Part shown: one piece after another, positions 51,966-60,482 of the stretch | Position numbering within the stretch: position 1 is the stretch's first letter | Layout of the letters: every line of letters begins with the position of its first letter | Source of the DNA: a virus | Taxonomy: Duplodnaviria; Heunggongvirae; Uroviricota; Caudoviricetes | Virus record (IMG/VR): IMGVR_UViG_3300039452_000031 | Length of the DNA: 64,000 bases | Reading direction: 5' to 3' (one strand) | Notes under the pieces: model-generated | The model's database searches: none | What the model was told of the DNA's origin: nothing | The model's input: the letters and a program-made list of their open reading frames with translations, nothing else | Program-made: the position numbers and the translations under genes

Positions 51966-52836
51966 GGCTCAGATTGATGCGGCAGAGAAGTACGCTGAGG
52001 ACTACGATGAGGACCCTAGTCCCGGCATTAAGTCCGCAGTCCTGAATGCCTTCTACGCAGGTATCAAGTTCGGGTCCATCGAGACACAGGCACTGGTATC
52101 CGCAGGAATCGAGGCCGTCATAGAGGTCTTGAAGCCTATCTCCCATAACAGCAGTCTGGATTACCGTGGTGACGCTGATGAGGCTCTGGACCTCTTGAAC
52201 ACCTTGGTCGTGGCCAGGGAGATCGAGAACCAAGGCACTTGGTGCGGCTACGTTGCGGGCATGATTGCCACCTACCTGAGAATGGGCACTGATGACCAGC
52301 GCATCAAGGCCATGGCCAGCATCATTGAGCGTCGTCTATGGGCTCTGAAGCCTTCAGAGAATTCGCCCATAGTACCTTCCGGTTGGCAGCTTGTTCCCGT
52401 TCGATGCACTGACGAGATGGGTCAAGCTGCTTATGAAGAGGCAGGCTGCCCGACCGATGGCTGGCATGGCTTTGAAGAGCTTTGGGCTGCAGCTCTTAAA
52501 GCCGCACCCAAACCTGAGGAAGAGAAGCCTATCCACTTCTACGATGACTGGCGACCAATCAGGGCCGCGCTGGATGCAGCCTATGAGAAGCTGGGTCGCA
52601 AGTTCACGAAGGGCGGAGGTTGCTCGACTGCGGATTGGAATCTGGCAGTTCTAATCTACAAAGCTGTGGAGGAAAAGAACGCGAAAGAAACCTGCGTTCA
52701 CTGCCAGAAGTCGTACCTCAGGTACCAGACCTACAGGTGCTTCGACTGCAAGGCCACGCTGTGTGAGTATTGCGCCCCCGAACACTTTGGTCCCAAGCAC
52801 CAGGGGCGGGCTGAGGTCGCCCATCCGAAACTGTAA
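51937..52836 (+). CDS. hypothetical protein with C-terminal B-box-like zinc finger
   Basis: CVHCQKSYLRYQTYRCFDCKATLCEYCAPEH. RBS GGAGTGGGACT. Confidence 0.45.
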   Translation: MGTPQLIPVEAQIDAAEKYAEDYDEDPSPGIKSAVLNAFYAGIKFGSIETQALVSAGIEAVIEVLKPISHNSSLDYRGDADEALDLLNTLVVAREIENQGTWCGYVAGMIATYLRMGTDDQRIKAMASIIERRLWALKPSENSPIVPSGWQLVPVRCTDEMGQAAYEEAGCPTDGWHGFEELWAAALKAAPKPEEEKPIHFYDDWRPIRAALDAAYEKLGRKFTKGGGCSTADWNLAVLIYKAVEEKNAKETCVHCQKSYLRYQTYRCFDCKATLCEYCAPEHFGPKHQGRAEVAHPKL

Positions 52837-52839
52837 ACA
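52828..52839 (+). promoter_or_regulatory. AAACTGTAAACA motif copy 5 (overlaps the stop codon of the upstream gene)
   Basis: The TAA stop at 52834-36 lies within the motif. 145 nt before ATG 52984. Confidence 0.45.
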
Positions 52840-52983
52840 ATAAAACTCGAATGTCAACAAGAGGCGTTGATGTAGAAAGACCGGCATGACCGTCTACCGG
52901 ACTGTGACCGCGAAAGCGAGCTTGTAGGTCGGTCATCGGGTACCCAATCCCGATCTCTCTACCATAAACGAAGGAGTTGACTC

Positions 52984-53274
52984 ATGGAAAACGTTCAGAA
53001 GCCTGTGCATCGTACCAACCTGCGTGGCCTGCTGGCCTCCCTGGGCGGTAAGGTCTTCAGTCTTGACTTTATCAAGGCTGATGGTTCGCCTCGTACTATG
53101 ACTGGTCGTCTGGGAGTGGGCAAGCACTCCAAGGGCGGCCCGAACAAGGTCGAGGCCACGGATCGTCCGTACCTGACGGTATACGATTTCCAGCACAAGG
53201 GGTATCGAACTGTGAACCTTGCAACTGTGGGGCGCGTTAGGGCTCACAACCTTGATGCGTCTGTGATCGGTTGA
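52984..53274 (+). CDS. hypothetical protein
   Basis: RBS AAGGAG. Confidence 0.5.
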   Translation: MENVQKPVHRTNLRGLLASLGGKVFSLDFIKADGSPRTMTGRLGVGKHSKGGPNKVEATDRPYLTVYDFQHKGYRTVNLATVGRVRAHNLDASVIG

Positions 53275-53329
53275 TCGAGTAATACCCTCAGCCCACTGTG
53301 TTTAGCCACGGATAAGGGCGCGTGAGGGC

Positions 53330-53365
53330 GTGGCGGCTGTACACGGAGGCCGCCATCTCTATTTC
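53330..53365 (+). terminator. terminator-like hairpin GGCGGC(N11)GCCGCC plus ATCTCTATTTC
   Basis: GC-rich 6-8 bp stem followed by a pyrimidine/U-rich tail. Confidence 0.4.
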
Positions 53366-53376
53366 AAGGACCTGCC

Positions 53377-53790
53377 ATGGACATCCATATCCTCAAGTGC
53401 GACATCAAGACCTCCAATGGCCACGTTTATCCGAAAGAGGACGTGCAGAAAGCCATCGATCTTCTTGGGGACACACCAGTCCAAGGCAATTACAACTTTT
53501 CCCTTAATAACCTCTCGGAGAAGTCTTCCTACGAGGTTCACAACCTGCACCTCGAGGGCGATAACCTGGTCGGCACGCTAAAGATTCATGAGTCCGAAAA
53601 GAGCAAGGCTCTTCGTCATCTGCTAGAGTCGGATCGAATTGGGTCCGTGACCTTTGGAGCCAGCGGCTACGGAGACGTCCTGCCTGATGGTACGGTCGTC
53701 AACTACCGCATCGTAAGTATAGACTGCGTGGACCGAACAAAAGAAGTGCCTGAATACGGTGACTGGTTAGTAGGTTCAGGCGAAGGGTAA
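53377..53790 (+). CDS. hypothetical protein
   Basis: 137-aa ORF. Confidence 0.45.
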   Translation: MDIHILKCDIKTSNGHVYPKEDVQKAIDLLGDTPVQGNYNFSLNNLSEKSSYEVHNLHLEGDNLVGTLKIHESEKSKALRHLLESDRIGSVTFGASGYGDVLPDGTVVNYRIVSIDCVDRTKEVPEYGDWLVGSGEG

Positions 53791-53796
53791 GACAAC

Positions 53797-53871
53797 GCGA
53801 CCGTAGTTCAATGGATAGAACGGAACCCTCCTAAGGTTCAGATATGGGTTCGATTCCCGTCGGTCGTACCA
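53797..53871 (+). tRNA. tRNA-Arg (anticodon CCT)
   Basis: Acceptor GCGACCG/CGGTCGT. D-arm GTTC-AATGGATA-GAAC. Anticodon loop CTCCTAA. T-arm ATGGG-TTCGATT-CCCGT. ACCA 3' end. Confidence 0.9.
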
Positions 53872-53905
53872 GCTTAATTTCATGGGGTAGTCAACGAGGT
53901 CGGTA

Positions 53906-54217
53906 ATGATACCCTACAAGGAAGAAGCGGATCACGCAGAGGTGGCTAAGCAAGTTCAATATCTATTGGACGCACCACAGACTCACGTACCGTACGCAAC
54001 GAAATGCAAGATCAAGGACTGGGACAAGCCAGTGCCTGCAGCCTATCAGGTGTACGTCCTTACCAGACAAAACTTATGGCTGTCGCAGACCGCCAAGCGA
54101 CTTCTCAATGCCCTTCTGCTGGCCACAGTCGCTTTGGAGAAAACAACAGAGAAGGACTTACAGGTGAGGTATGAACAAAGACGAGACACACTGCCTAAGG
54201 GTGTTAACGCTGCCTAG
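53906..54217 (+). CDS. hypothetical protein
   Basis: RBS GAGGTCGG. Confidence 0.45.
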   Translation: MIPYKEEADHAEVAKQVQYLLDAPQTHVPYATKCKIKDWDKPVPAAYQVYVLTRQNLWLSQTAKRLLNALLLATVALEKTTEKDLQVRYEQRRDTLPKGVNAA

Positions 54218-54578
54218 GCCTGCCCCTGACGTTGACCTCCGCACCCTTCTTGAGGACGGTAGCGAGGTGTTGGATTGGGTGACAGAGAACGAGGTACCAC
54301 AGACGGCGACGTTGATAACCTTCATGATTCTTGTGGCATCAATCGTGGGCGCGTACTACGTTGATATGGCTCATGTAGCCTACGCTATGGCGGTCTTCAC
54401 CGTAGGCTTCTGGGTTCACATGGCCAACGACTTCAAGACCCAGAAGTCGTGGGCTGTGGCAATCAAGAGCATCGTGCAGCCTCTCCTCAACCTTGAACCT
54501 TCCCGCTATGGAGATGAGCACCTAAAGGTGCTGCATGACCTGCACTACTTTAAGCGAGCCCATCTATGTCAGGACTGA
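54171..54578 (+). CDS. hypothetical membrane protein
   Basis: TM segments LITFMILVASIVGAYYV and AMAVFTVGFWV. RBS GTGAGGT. Confidence 0.4.
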   Translation: MNKDETHCLRVLTLPRPAPDVDLRTLLEDGSEVLDWVTENEVPQTATLITFMILVASIVGAYYVDMAHVAYAMAVFTVGFWVHMANDFKTQKSWAVAIKSIVQPLLNLEPSRYGDEHLKVLHDLHYFKRAHLCQD

Positions 54579-54760
54579 CGATACGGGAAGCTCTCATCTC
54601 CTGCAGTCCCAGCTTGGAGATCCATCGTGGGGCACAGTCTCTAATCGCCGAGCTTGACGCCCAGATAAGGGAGCTTAAGGTCTCACTTGAGACCCGGGAT
54701 CGGCGCATTGCTGATCTTGAAGCTCTGGTGTCAGAACGCGAAGACCAAACACAAGGCTGA
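54566..54760 (+). CDS. hypothetical small coiled-coil protein
   Basis: 64-aa ORF. Confidence 0.35.
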   Translation: MSGLTIREALISCSPSLEIHRGAQSLIAELDAQIRELKVSLETRDRRIADLEALVSEREDQTQG

Positions 54761-54789
54761 TCGCTAACGCGGTCGGCCTTTTCCTTTTG
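54755..54789 (+). terminator. rho-independent terminator (stem with two G:U pairs)
   Basis: GGCTGATCG(N6)CGGTCGGCC followed by TTTTCCTTTTG. Confidence 0.5.
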
Positions 54790-54832
54790 TCCTCCAACTT
54801 TAGCCACTAGGCATCTACGCGCCCTAAAACAG

Positions 54833-54844
54833 AAACTGTAAACA
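54833..54844 (+). promoter_or_regulatory. AAACTGTAAACA motif copy 6
   Basis: 62 nt before ATG 54906. Followed by the palindrome ACTAAACGTTTAGT. Confidence 0.5.
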
Positions 54845-54905
54845 ATGGATGAGGGAAGCCTCACTAAACGTTTAGTCTTTTCCGAATAACACCCAACGAG
54901 GTCCT

Positions 54906-55817
54906 ATGGATACCGCAACACTCACCAATCTGCAACCCGGTACGATCTGGAAGCGCGAGCGCGAAGTCAACGGCGAAGTCGTGGAAACCTTCACCACGGT
55001 TCTCTTCATCACCAATCAGACACTGAAGACCGAGAAGGCTCGGACTGCCAATCCTCCCCAGGTGGTGTTCCGAACCCACCCGAGCCCAGACTCTGATAAG
55101 GCTCCTGAAGTCCTCAGCATGGGCATCGAGTCCTTCCTGAAGAACCGTACGTTCCACGATGTGGACGAAGGTGCGGAAGCAATGCTGAACGCCTTGATGG
55201 CTCCGGCTGACGAGGAAGAAGAAATCGACCTTGACGACCTGGAGATTGAAGAAGACGGGGAAGAGGCCCAACTCGGCCAAGAGCCTGGGCTGGACCTGCC
55301 TGAAGAAGCTTCACCGATTGCTGCGGTTACGGCTCGCAAGCATTTCCAAGGCCCGAGCATTGATCTGCCTGAACAGCATGTTGGTCTGGTCAAGGCGTTC
55401 ACTGGGTACAGTGAAGCCATGTTCAATGGCGATACGCTGCATATCCTTAAGTTCACTCTCTCGGACGCAGTCACGCTGGATATCCTGCGCGAGGCTTTCA
55501 ACGTCTCGAAGCCGAACTCGGTGCAGAAGTTGTCTGTCACTTCGTGCTCAGGCAACCTGACGACCACGATTGACGTGGATGGTTTCCTGGAAGTCTTCCT
55601 CGAATCTGGCCCGCAAGGCGACGTCGGTCTGGTCCACGTTACCAGCCTGGGTGATATCCGCGAATCTTCGGCCACCCCCTCGGATCAACAAGTCGAGGAT
55701 GCAATCGTGGTCAAGGAACCCAACGAGGGTGCGCAATCGGCTGGTACGGAATCGGTGACCAGCGCAGCACCTGAAGTTCAGCCGCAGTCTGGTGACATCC
55801 AGATCATGGTCGGCTAA
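54906..55817 (+). CDS. hypothetical acidic protein
   Basis: Central run ADEEEEIDLDDLEIEEDGEEAQLGQEPGLDLPEE. 303 aa. Confidence 0.5.
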   Translation: MDTATLTNLQPGTIWKREREVNGEVVETFTTVLFITNQTLKTEKARTANPPQVVFRTHPSPDSDKAPEVLSMGIESFLKNRTFHDVDEGAEAMLNALMAPADEEEEIDLDDLEIEEDGEEAQLGQEPGLDLPEEASPIAAVTARKHFQGPSIDLPEQHVGLVKAFTGYSEAMFNGDTLHILKFTLSDAVTLDILREAFNVSKPNSVQKLSVTSCSGNLTTTIDVDGFLEVFLESGPQGDVGLVHVTSLGDIRESSATPSDQQVEDAIVVKEPNEGAQSAGTESVTSAAPEVQPQSGDIQIMVG

Positions 55818-55847
55818 GCCTCAACACAACTTCGAGACCAACCCAAC

Positions 55848-55885
55848 AAGGGCTGCTCCTTCGCTGGGGCAGCCCTTTTCTATTT
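55848..55885 (+). terminator. rho-independent terminator
   Basis: AAGGGCTGC(N12)GCAGCCCTT followed by TTCTATTTC. Confidence 0.75.
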
Positions 55886-55899
55886 CATCGGAGACCTAA

Positions 55900-56454
55900 A
55901 TGTCTAACGAGATTACAATCAATACCACAGACTTCAAGCAGCGCGTAAAGGACCATGTGATCAACACCTTCGGCTCTCTCATTCCTGAAGATCAGATGGT
56001 GAAGATGATCGACGCCGAGATGATGGACTTCTTCAACACTCCTACTCAGATAAAGTTTCAGGTTTCCAATTTAGGCTATAACCGTCAAGAAGTCAGTCTC
56101 GAACTTCCCTCCACGCCATTCAAGCAATTGGTGTGGACGACTTTGGTACCAATGGTTCAACAACGTCTCCGCACCTACTTCACCGCCAATGCCAAGCACC
56201 TGGATGAGCTACTAACGGAACTCATCGCTCCCCTTGACGGCGACCCTGAGCTGGGAAAGGTTCACCACGCAAAGTTGGACTCCATTCTTCAACAAATGAC
56301 TAGGACCCTATTCAGGGACATGATTGAAGGAGCGATTAGGGAAACTAAACGTTCCATTGCTAACAATCTGAATGCCAATGACATGCCAGGAGTTGCCGAG
56401 GCCGTCATGGACGTAAGCAACCGCCTGAACAACGGCTACGGTCGGAGGTTCTGA
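55900..56454 (+). CDS. hypothetical protein
   Basis: RBS GGAGACCTAA. Confidence 0.5.
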   Translation: MSNEITINTTDFKQRVKDHVINTFGSLIPEDQMVKMIDAEMMDFFNTPTQIKFQVSNLGYNRQEVSLELPSTPFKQLVWTTLVPMVQQRLRTYFTANAKHLDELLTELIAPLDGDPELGKVHHAKLDSILQQMTRTLFRDMIEGAIRETKRSIANNLNANDMPGVAEAVMDVSNRLNNGYGRRF

Positions 56455-56456
56455 CC

Positions 56457-56726
56457 ATGCCTAGCTCAATACAACACGAGGTGTGGGTCGAAGAAGGTCG
56501 TAAGGTTTGTATGGCCAACAACGATGACCAACACTACACACAGGAATTCGAATCTCATGATGAGGTTGAGGAACTGGTTACCAAATTAAGACTAGCTGCC
56601 TATGAAGCCTTCGGACCGTCGCCTAAGGTTGAGGCCCTGAGACTAGCGCTCGATAGGAGTCGAATTCAAGTTCATGACGACGGCCAGATCTCCATTGGAT
56701 CAAACGAATCGGAAGGTAGGAAATGA
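56457..56726 (+). CDS. hypothetical protein
   Basis: 89-aa ORF. Confidence 0.4.
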   Translation: MPSSIQHEVWVEEGRKVCMANNDDQHYTQEFESHDEVEELVTKLRLAAYEAFGPSPKVEALRLALDRSRIQVHDDGQISIGSNESEGRK

Positions 56727-57739
56727 ATAAGGGTTCGTATATCATCGCCAAGCAGCGCACGGGGGAAGACGGCTTCCGACTCTTCCTAGGCAAAGTGCAG
56801 GGTCAGAGCGGTAACATTCTTGAGGGCTACTACGAGAAGGACTGCCACATCAAGACCGCACGAAAGCTGTTTGAAATTCCTAAGAAGGATGTGGTGTGCG
56901 ATCTTGGACCTTCTCCTCATCCTGGCAAAGTGCATGGTCAGAATGTGGCTCTCCTGTACCAAGGTCGCAAAACCGAGCACGATTTCTTCGGTACCATCTA
57001 CCTCTTCTACGCCATTGACAAGGAGACTCGTCAGCGCGTTATGACGGCCTTCGACAGGGCCGCCAAGATCCTGACCAAGTGGGGTCTTCAATCTGTGGAG
57101 AATGGCATCTGGGAAATACAACCCAAGGAAGCAGGCGGTAAGTGGGCTGGCTACTACCAGCACTCACGTAACCCCGATAAGATGCCCCATCGCTTCGCTT
57201 TCAAGCCAGCCCATGGAACTGACGATCAGTACACCTACTTGGTGCTGCATGAGTTTGCGCACTACATGCATGCCAATTTCCTGACCCAGCCTCGTGTGAA
57301 TGCGGCCTGGATCAAGGCCTTCAACACGTCCATCAAGCCTAAGACCGTTAGGAAGGAAGAATCGCTTCAGCTCCTAGACCTTTTGCTGGAAGGCCAAACG
57401 CCTCCATCGGCTTTCAAGTCTGAACTTGGGGAAGAGAATCGTTTGTCCTACAACTGGGTGTTGAAAGACATCAAGGATCAGCACGCAATTTCGGTCAAGG
57501 AGCTGGACATCCTATTCGAGGCCGGAGACGTGGATGAGATTCGCTCCCTATGGCCGGCGAGAACAATTCACAAGAAGGACTTGAAGCCCATCGTCTCCGA
57601 ATACGCTACGAAGTCGTTCAAGGAGCTTCTAGCTGAGAGCTTTGCCTTCCATCTGACGGGCATCAAACTTCCGACCAACATCGTGAAGTTGCTGGAGAAG
57701 AGTATCCAGATGGCGAAGAGCCAACAGGAGAAGTCGTGA
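56723..57739 (+). CDS. hypothetical protein with HExxH motif (possible zinc metallopeptidase)
   Basis: VLHEFAHYMH. ATGA overlap with the upstream gene. Confidence 0.4.
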   Translation: MNKGSYIIAKQRTGEDGFRLFLGKVQGQSGNILEGYYEKDCHIKTARKLFEIPKKDVVCDLGPSPHPGKVHGQNVALLYQGRKTEHDFFGTIYLFYAIDKETRQRVMTAFDRAAKILTKWGLQSVENGIWEIQPKEAGGKWAGYYQHSRNPDKMPHRFAFKPAHGTDDQYTYLVLHEFAHYMHANFLTQPRVNAAWIKAFNTSIKPKTVRKEESLQLLDLLLEGQTPPSAFKSELGEENRLSYNWVLKDIKDQHAISVKELDILFEAGDVDEIRSLWPARTIHKKDLKPIVSEYATKSFKELLAESFAFHLTGIKLPTNIVKLLEKSIQMAKSQQEKS

Positions 57740-58317
57740 CCTCAAGTATCAAGGACCACGTCATCGAACCTCAGATTAGGTACGAGACTCAATACGCTTG
57801 CCCTGACTGCGGGCACCTAAAGACCGTTGGTGATCTAAAAGACGGATCTGCCTTTGGACCATGGTATTGTGATGGCTGTGGTCAGGGTTTCATGGGCGTG
57901 TTCGCTTACCAAGGTCGGGTAATGCTGCGCCGCCACACTGACCGACTGGTCAAGACCTTGGTTTTGTTAGAACTCTACAAGACACTTGAGGGCGGTGAGC
58001 GAGTCTTCCTTGTTGTCGAGGGCATGCTTTTCCATAAGGAAGGCGAGAAGTTGGAGATCAGGGACCAGAGCTACTTCTACAACCAGCACACCTGCCCGAC
58101 GAATTTTATGGGCGTGGAAGCCTTGATTGCCTTTGACCATCGTGGCGGTGATGACGATCCTCATGGCATGTGGCAGTGGCGGGAGACCATCGTTAAGCCT
58201 AAGGATTACGATTCGTGTGATGTCCATAATCTGGGCTTCGATGCCGGATGGGGATCCATGTTCGCCTACCTAAAGGGCATTGAGCGCCCCATGATCAACG
58301 TAACGAGGACAGAATGA
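57736..58317 (+). CDS. hypothetical protein with N-terminal zinc-ribbon-like Cys pairs
   Basis: CPDCGH...WYCDGCGQGF. Confidence 0.45.
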   Translation: MTSSIKDHVIEPQIRYETQYACPDCGHLKTVGDLKDGSAFGPWYCDGCGQGFMGVFAYQGRVMLRRHTDRLVKTLVLLELYKTLEGGERVFLVVEGMLFHKEGEKLEIRDQSYFYNQHTCPTNFMGVEALIAFDHRGGDDDPHGMWQWRETIVKPKDYDSCDVHNLGFDAGWGSMFAYLKGIERPMINVTRTE

Positions 58318-58544
58318 CTGCGGAAATCCTTACCTTCCCAACACTCAAGACTCAGGATCCGGAACTCGAATTCAAGGTCTCTGAGACCGTGCCTCAGCCG
58401 ATTCTCAACGTTACGGTCGATGGCGTTTTCGAGTGGGCACCTGACGCTGATCAACAGATTGCGAATATGGAGCCTGAGAAAGGTGCCATGAAGGCCATTC
58501 TCCTGCGGCTTCGCGCCTACGAGACACGCTCATGGACATTGTGA
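58314..58544 (+). CDS. hypothetical small protein
   Basis: 76-aa ORF with ATGA overlap. Confidence 0.35.
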   Translation: MTAEILTFPTLKTQDPELEFKVSETVPQPILNVTVDGVFEWAPDADQQIANMEPEKGAMKAILLRLRAYETRSWTL

Positions 58545-58948
58545 TCTTCCTCATCGCCCTCGCCATGTTCGTTGTGGCCCTCGTTGGACTGCTGTATTGC
58601 GCCAAGCCTGGTCCACGACCTTATCAGGCTCTGGAGCAACTACGCCACGGTCGTAAATCTCTAGGCGTGCTTCGGATCTACAAGCGCACACCAGACGGGG
58701 AAAGTTTCGAGCTGGTGAACATTATTGGTCGTCCCTCCCTACGGTCCCGTTTCAAGGACTACGTCAATGCGAGTCGCAACGACCGTGGTTTCTTTACCGT
58801 CATGGCCTTTATGTGTGTTGGCCCTCTCCTGGGAGGCATCAGTGTATTCTTGCCTCTACCTGATGGGCTTATGGCGGCCTACACCAATGCAGTCTACCTG
58901 CTGTCGACCACAATCGTCCTCCTATTCCTCATCACAGGTGATAAATGA
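58532..58948 (+). CDS. hypothetical membrane protein
   Basis: TM segments IVIFLIALAMFVVALVGLLY, and MAFMCVGPLLGGISVFL...LLSTTIVLLFLI. Confidence 0.45.
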   Translation: MDIVIFLIALAMFVVALVGLLYCAKPGPRPYQALEQLRHGRKSLGVLRIYKRTPDGESFELVNIIGRPSLRSRFKDYVNASRNDRGFFTVMAFMCVGPLLGGISVFLPLPDGLMAAYTNAVYLLSTTIVLLFLITGDK

Positions 58949-59397
58949 AACTCGCACTCATGGACATCGATGGTTGCCTAAGTAGCTGCGATCATCGAAT
59001 CGATCACCTCCTTAAGGACGGTGACTACGAAAAGTACCTCAGCCTAAGCCATCTGGATACGCCTATTCCCCAGGGTGTCTACTTCTATCGCCTTCTCTTC
59101 GAGGACCCGAATGTCCTCCCCGTGTTTATTACCGCCAGAGGCGAAGACCAAAGGGAGATGACGGTCAGTCAGATTCAGAAGTTTGTCTTCCCGCATCTGG
59201 TGGACGGCAAGGACTTCGAGCTGTGGATGCGCCCAGTGGGAGATAAGCGCCACGACTACGACCTGAAGATTTGGCATCTGGAGTCCAGAAACCTTACCCC
59301 CGAAAACATTTTCATTGCTTTCGATGACCGCCAAGTCATCTGTGAGGCTTATCGCAAATTTGGTATCGTGGCGTACCAAACCGCGACCGGATACTGA
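58945..59397 (+). CDS. HAD-superfamily phosphatase-like protein
   Basis: Motif I LMDIDGCL (DxDG). Motif IV-like AFDDRQ. Confidence 0.4.
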   Translation: MKLALMDIDGCLSSCDHRIDHLLKDGDYEKYLSLSHLDTPIPQGVYFYRLLFEDPNVLPVFITARGEDQREMTVSQIQKFVFPHLVDGKDFELWMRPVGDKRHDYDLKIWHLESRNLTPENIFIAFDDRQVICEAYRKFGIVAYQTATGY

Positions 59398-59399
59398 TC

Positions 59400-59696
59400 A
59401 TGAATGCCATTAGGATCGCCTTGGACTACGATGGAACCTACACTGCTGATCCAGACCTGTGGTTGAGCTTCGTGACCAAGGCGATCAATCGAGGTCATGA
59501 GGTTCTGATAGTGACCATGCGTTTTCCAGAAGAGTTGGCTGATATAGATCCCAATCTCTTAGACTTGGGTGTGGAAGTCATTCCAACCTCACGTAAGGCC
59601 AAGCGCCAATTTCTGATCGACAATCGCGGTGGGCTGCAAATGCCTAATATCTGGATCGACGACAATCCACTTTGGATCTATGAGGACGCGCTATGA
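59400..59696 (+). CDS. HAD-superfamily phosphatase-like protein (second, adjacent)
   Basis: Motif I ALDYDGTYT. Thr in LIVTMR. Motif IV WIDDNP. Confidence 0.4.
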   Translation: MNAIRIALDYDGTYTADPDLWLSFVTKAINRGHEVLIVTMRFPEELADIDPNLLDLGVEVIPTSRKAKRQFLIDNRGGLQMPNIWIDDNPLWIYEDAL

Positions 59697-60106
59697 AACT
59701 CGCCAAGCTGATGAACTCCTCGGACAAGATGAGGAAGATCAACTCCCGTTTTGTCAAGGTTGTGCAGTTCAAGATCGGTAAGGACCGCTATGGCTTACCT
59801 ACTGCCGTTGCCAAGACCTACACACCAATCGAGTACACAGTGACCCGAAGGCTGCAGCCTGCCCGTGACCAGAACCGCTACGTGTCGTCCATAAAGTTCC
59901 TAGACCGTGCTCTAAACGTCAAGGTCTCTTGTTCGTGCCCAGATTACTGTTTCCGTTTTGAGGTCGCGAATCACGAAGCCGGTGCGTCAGACATCAAATA
60001 CAGCAACGGAGAGATGCCAACCACGACCAACGCGGATATGCAGCCCGGCCTCTGCAAGCATCTTATTGCTCTCCGCAAGATCGTCAAAGATAAGTACAAC
60101 GTATAA
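59693..60106 (+). CDS. SWIM-zinc-finger-like protein
   Basis: CSCPDYCFRF...GLCKHLIAL fits CxCx(n)CxH. Confidence 0.35.
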   Translation: MKLAKLMNSSDKMRKINSRFVKVVQFKIGKDRYGLPTAVAKTYTPIEYTVTRRLQPARDQNRYVSSIKFLDRALNVKVSCSCPDYCFRFEVANHEAGASDIKYSNGEMPTTTNADMQPGLCKHLIALRKIVKDKYNV

Positions 60107-60116
60107 AGGACCTGAC

Positions 60117-60482
60117 ATGGAACTCACCACCGAACAACTGGCTACCCAGAGCCTAGGGCAACTTAAAGAACCTCTGGAGCACTGTGCCGCCCATCACCAG
60201 CAGGTTATCTCCAAGGCTTTCGATGCCTTGCGGAAGAAGTACGAGGCGGGGCTACAACCTTTCAAGGCGTATGAATATGTGCGCCTTGGCTCAGGCGGTA
60301 TTTGGGCGGCTGATAATCGAATTACTTGGTCCCAGTTCAATATCGGATCCAAGGCTGTCCTCACCCTAAACGCAAATGGGGAGATTGAGACCTTTGATCT
60401 TCCGTTCCTGATCTGGGTCTGGCTCCGTAAGACCTGGCCGTTCCGATTCGCCAAAGCCTTCTGGTATGGATGGGCGGCATGA
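60117..60482 (+). CDS. hypothetical protein
   Basis: ATG 11 nt after the upstream stop. The ORF-track start 59958 lies inside the upstream gene. Confidence 0.45.
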   Translation: MELTTEQLATQSLGQLKEPLEHCAAHHQQVISKAFDALRKKYEAGLQPFKAYEYVRLGSGGIWAADNRITWSQFNIGSKAVLTLNANGEIETFDLPFLIWVWLRKTWPFRFAKAFWYGWAA

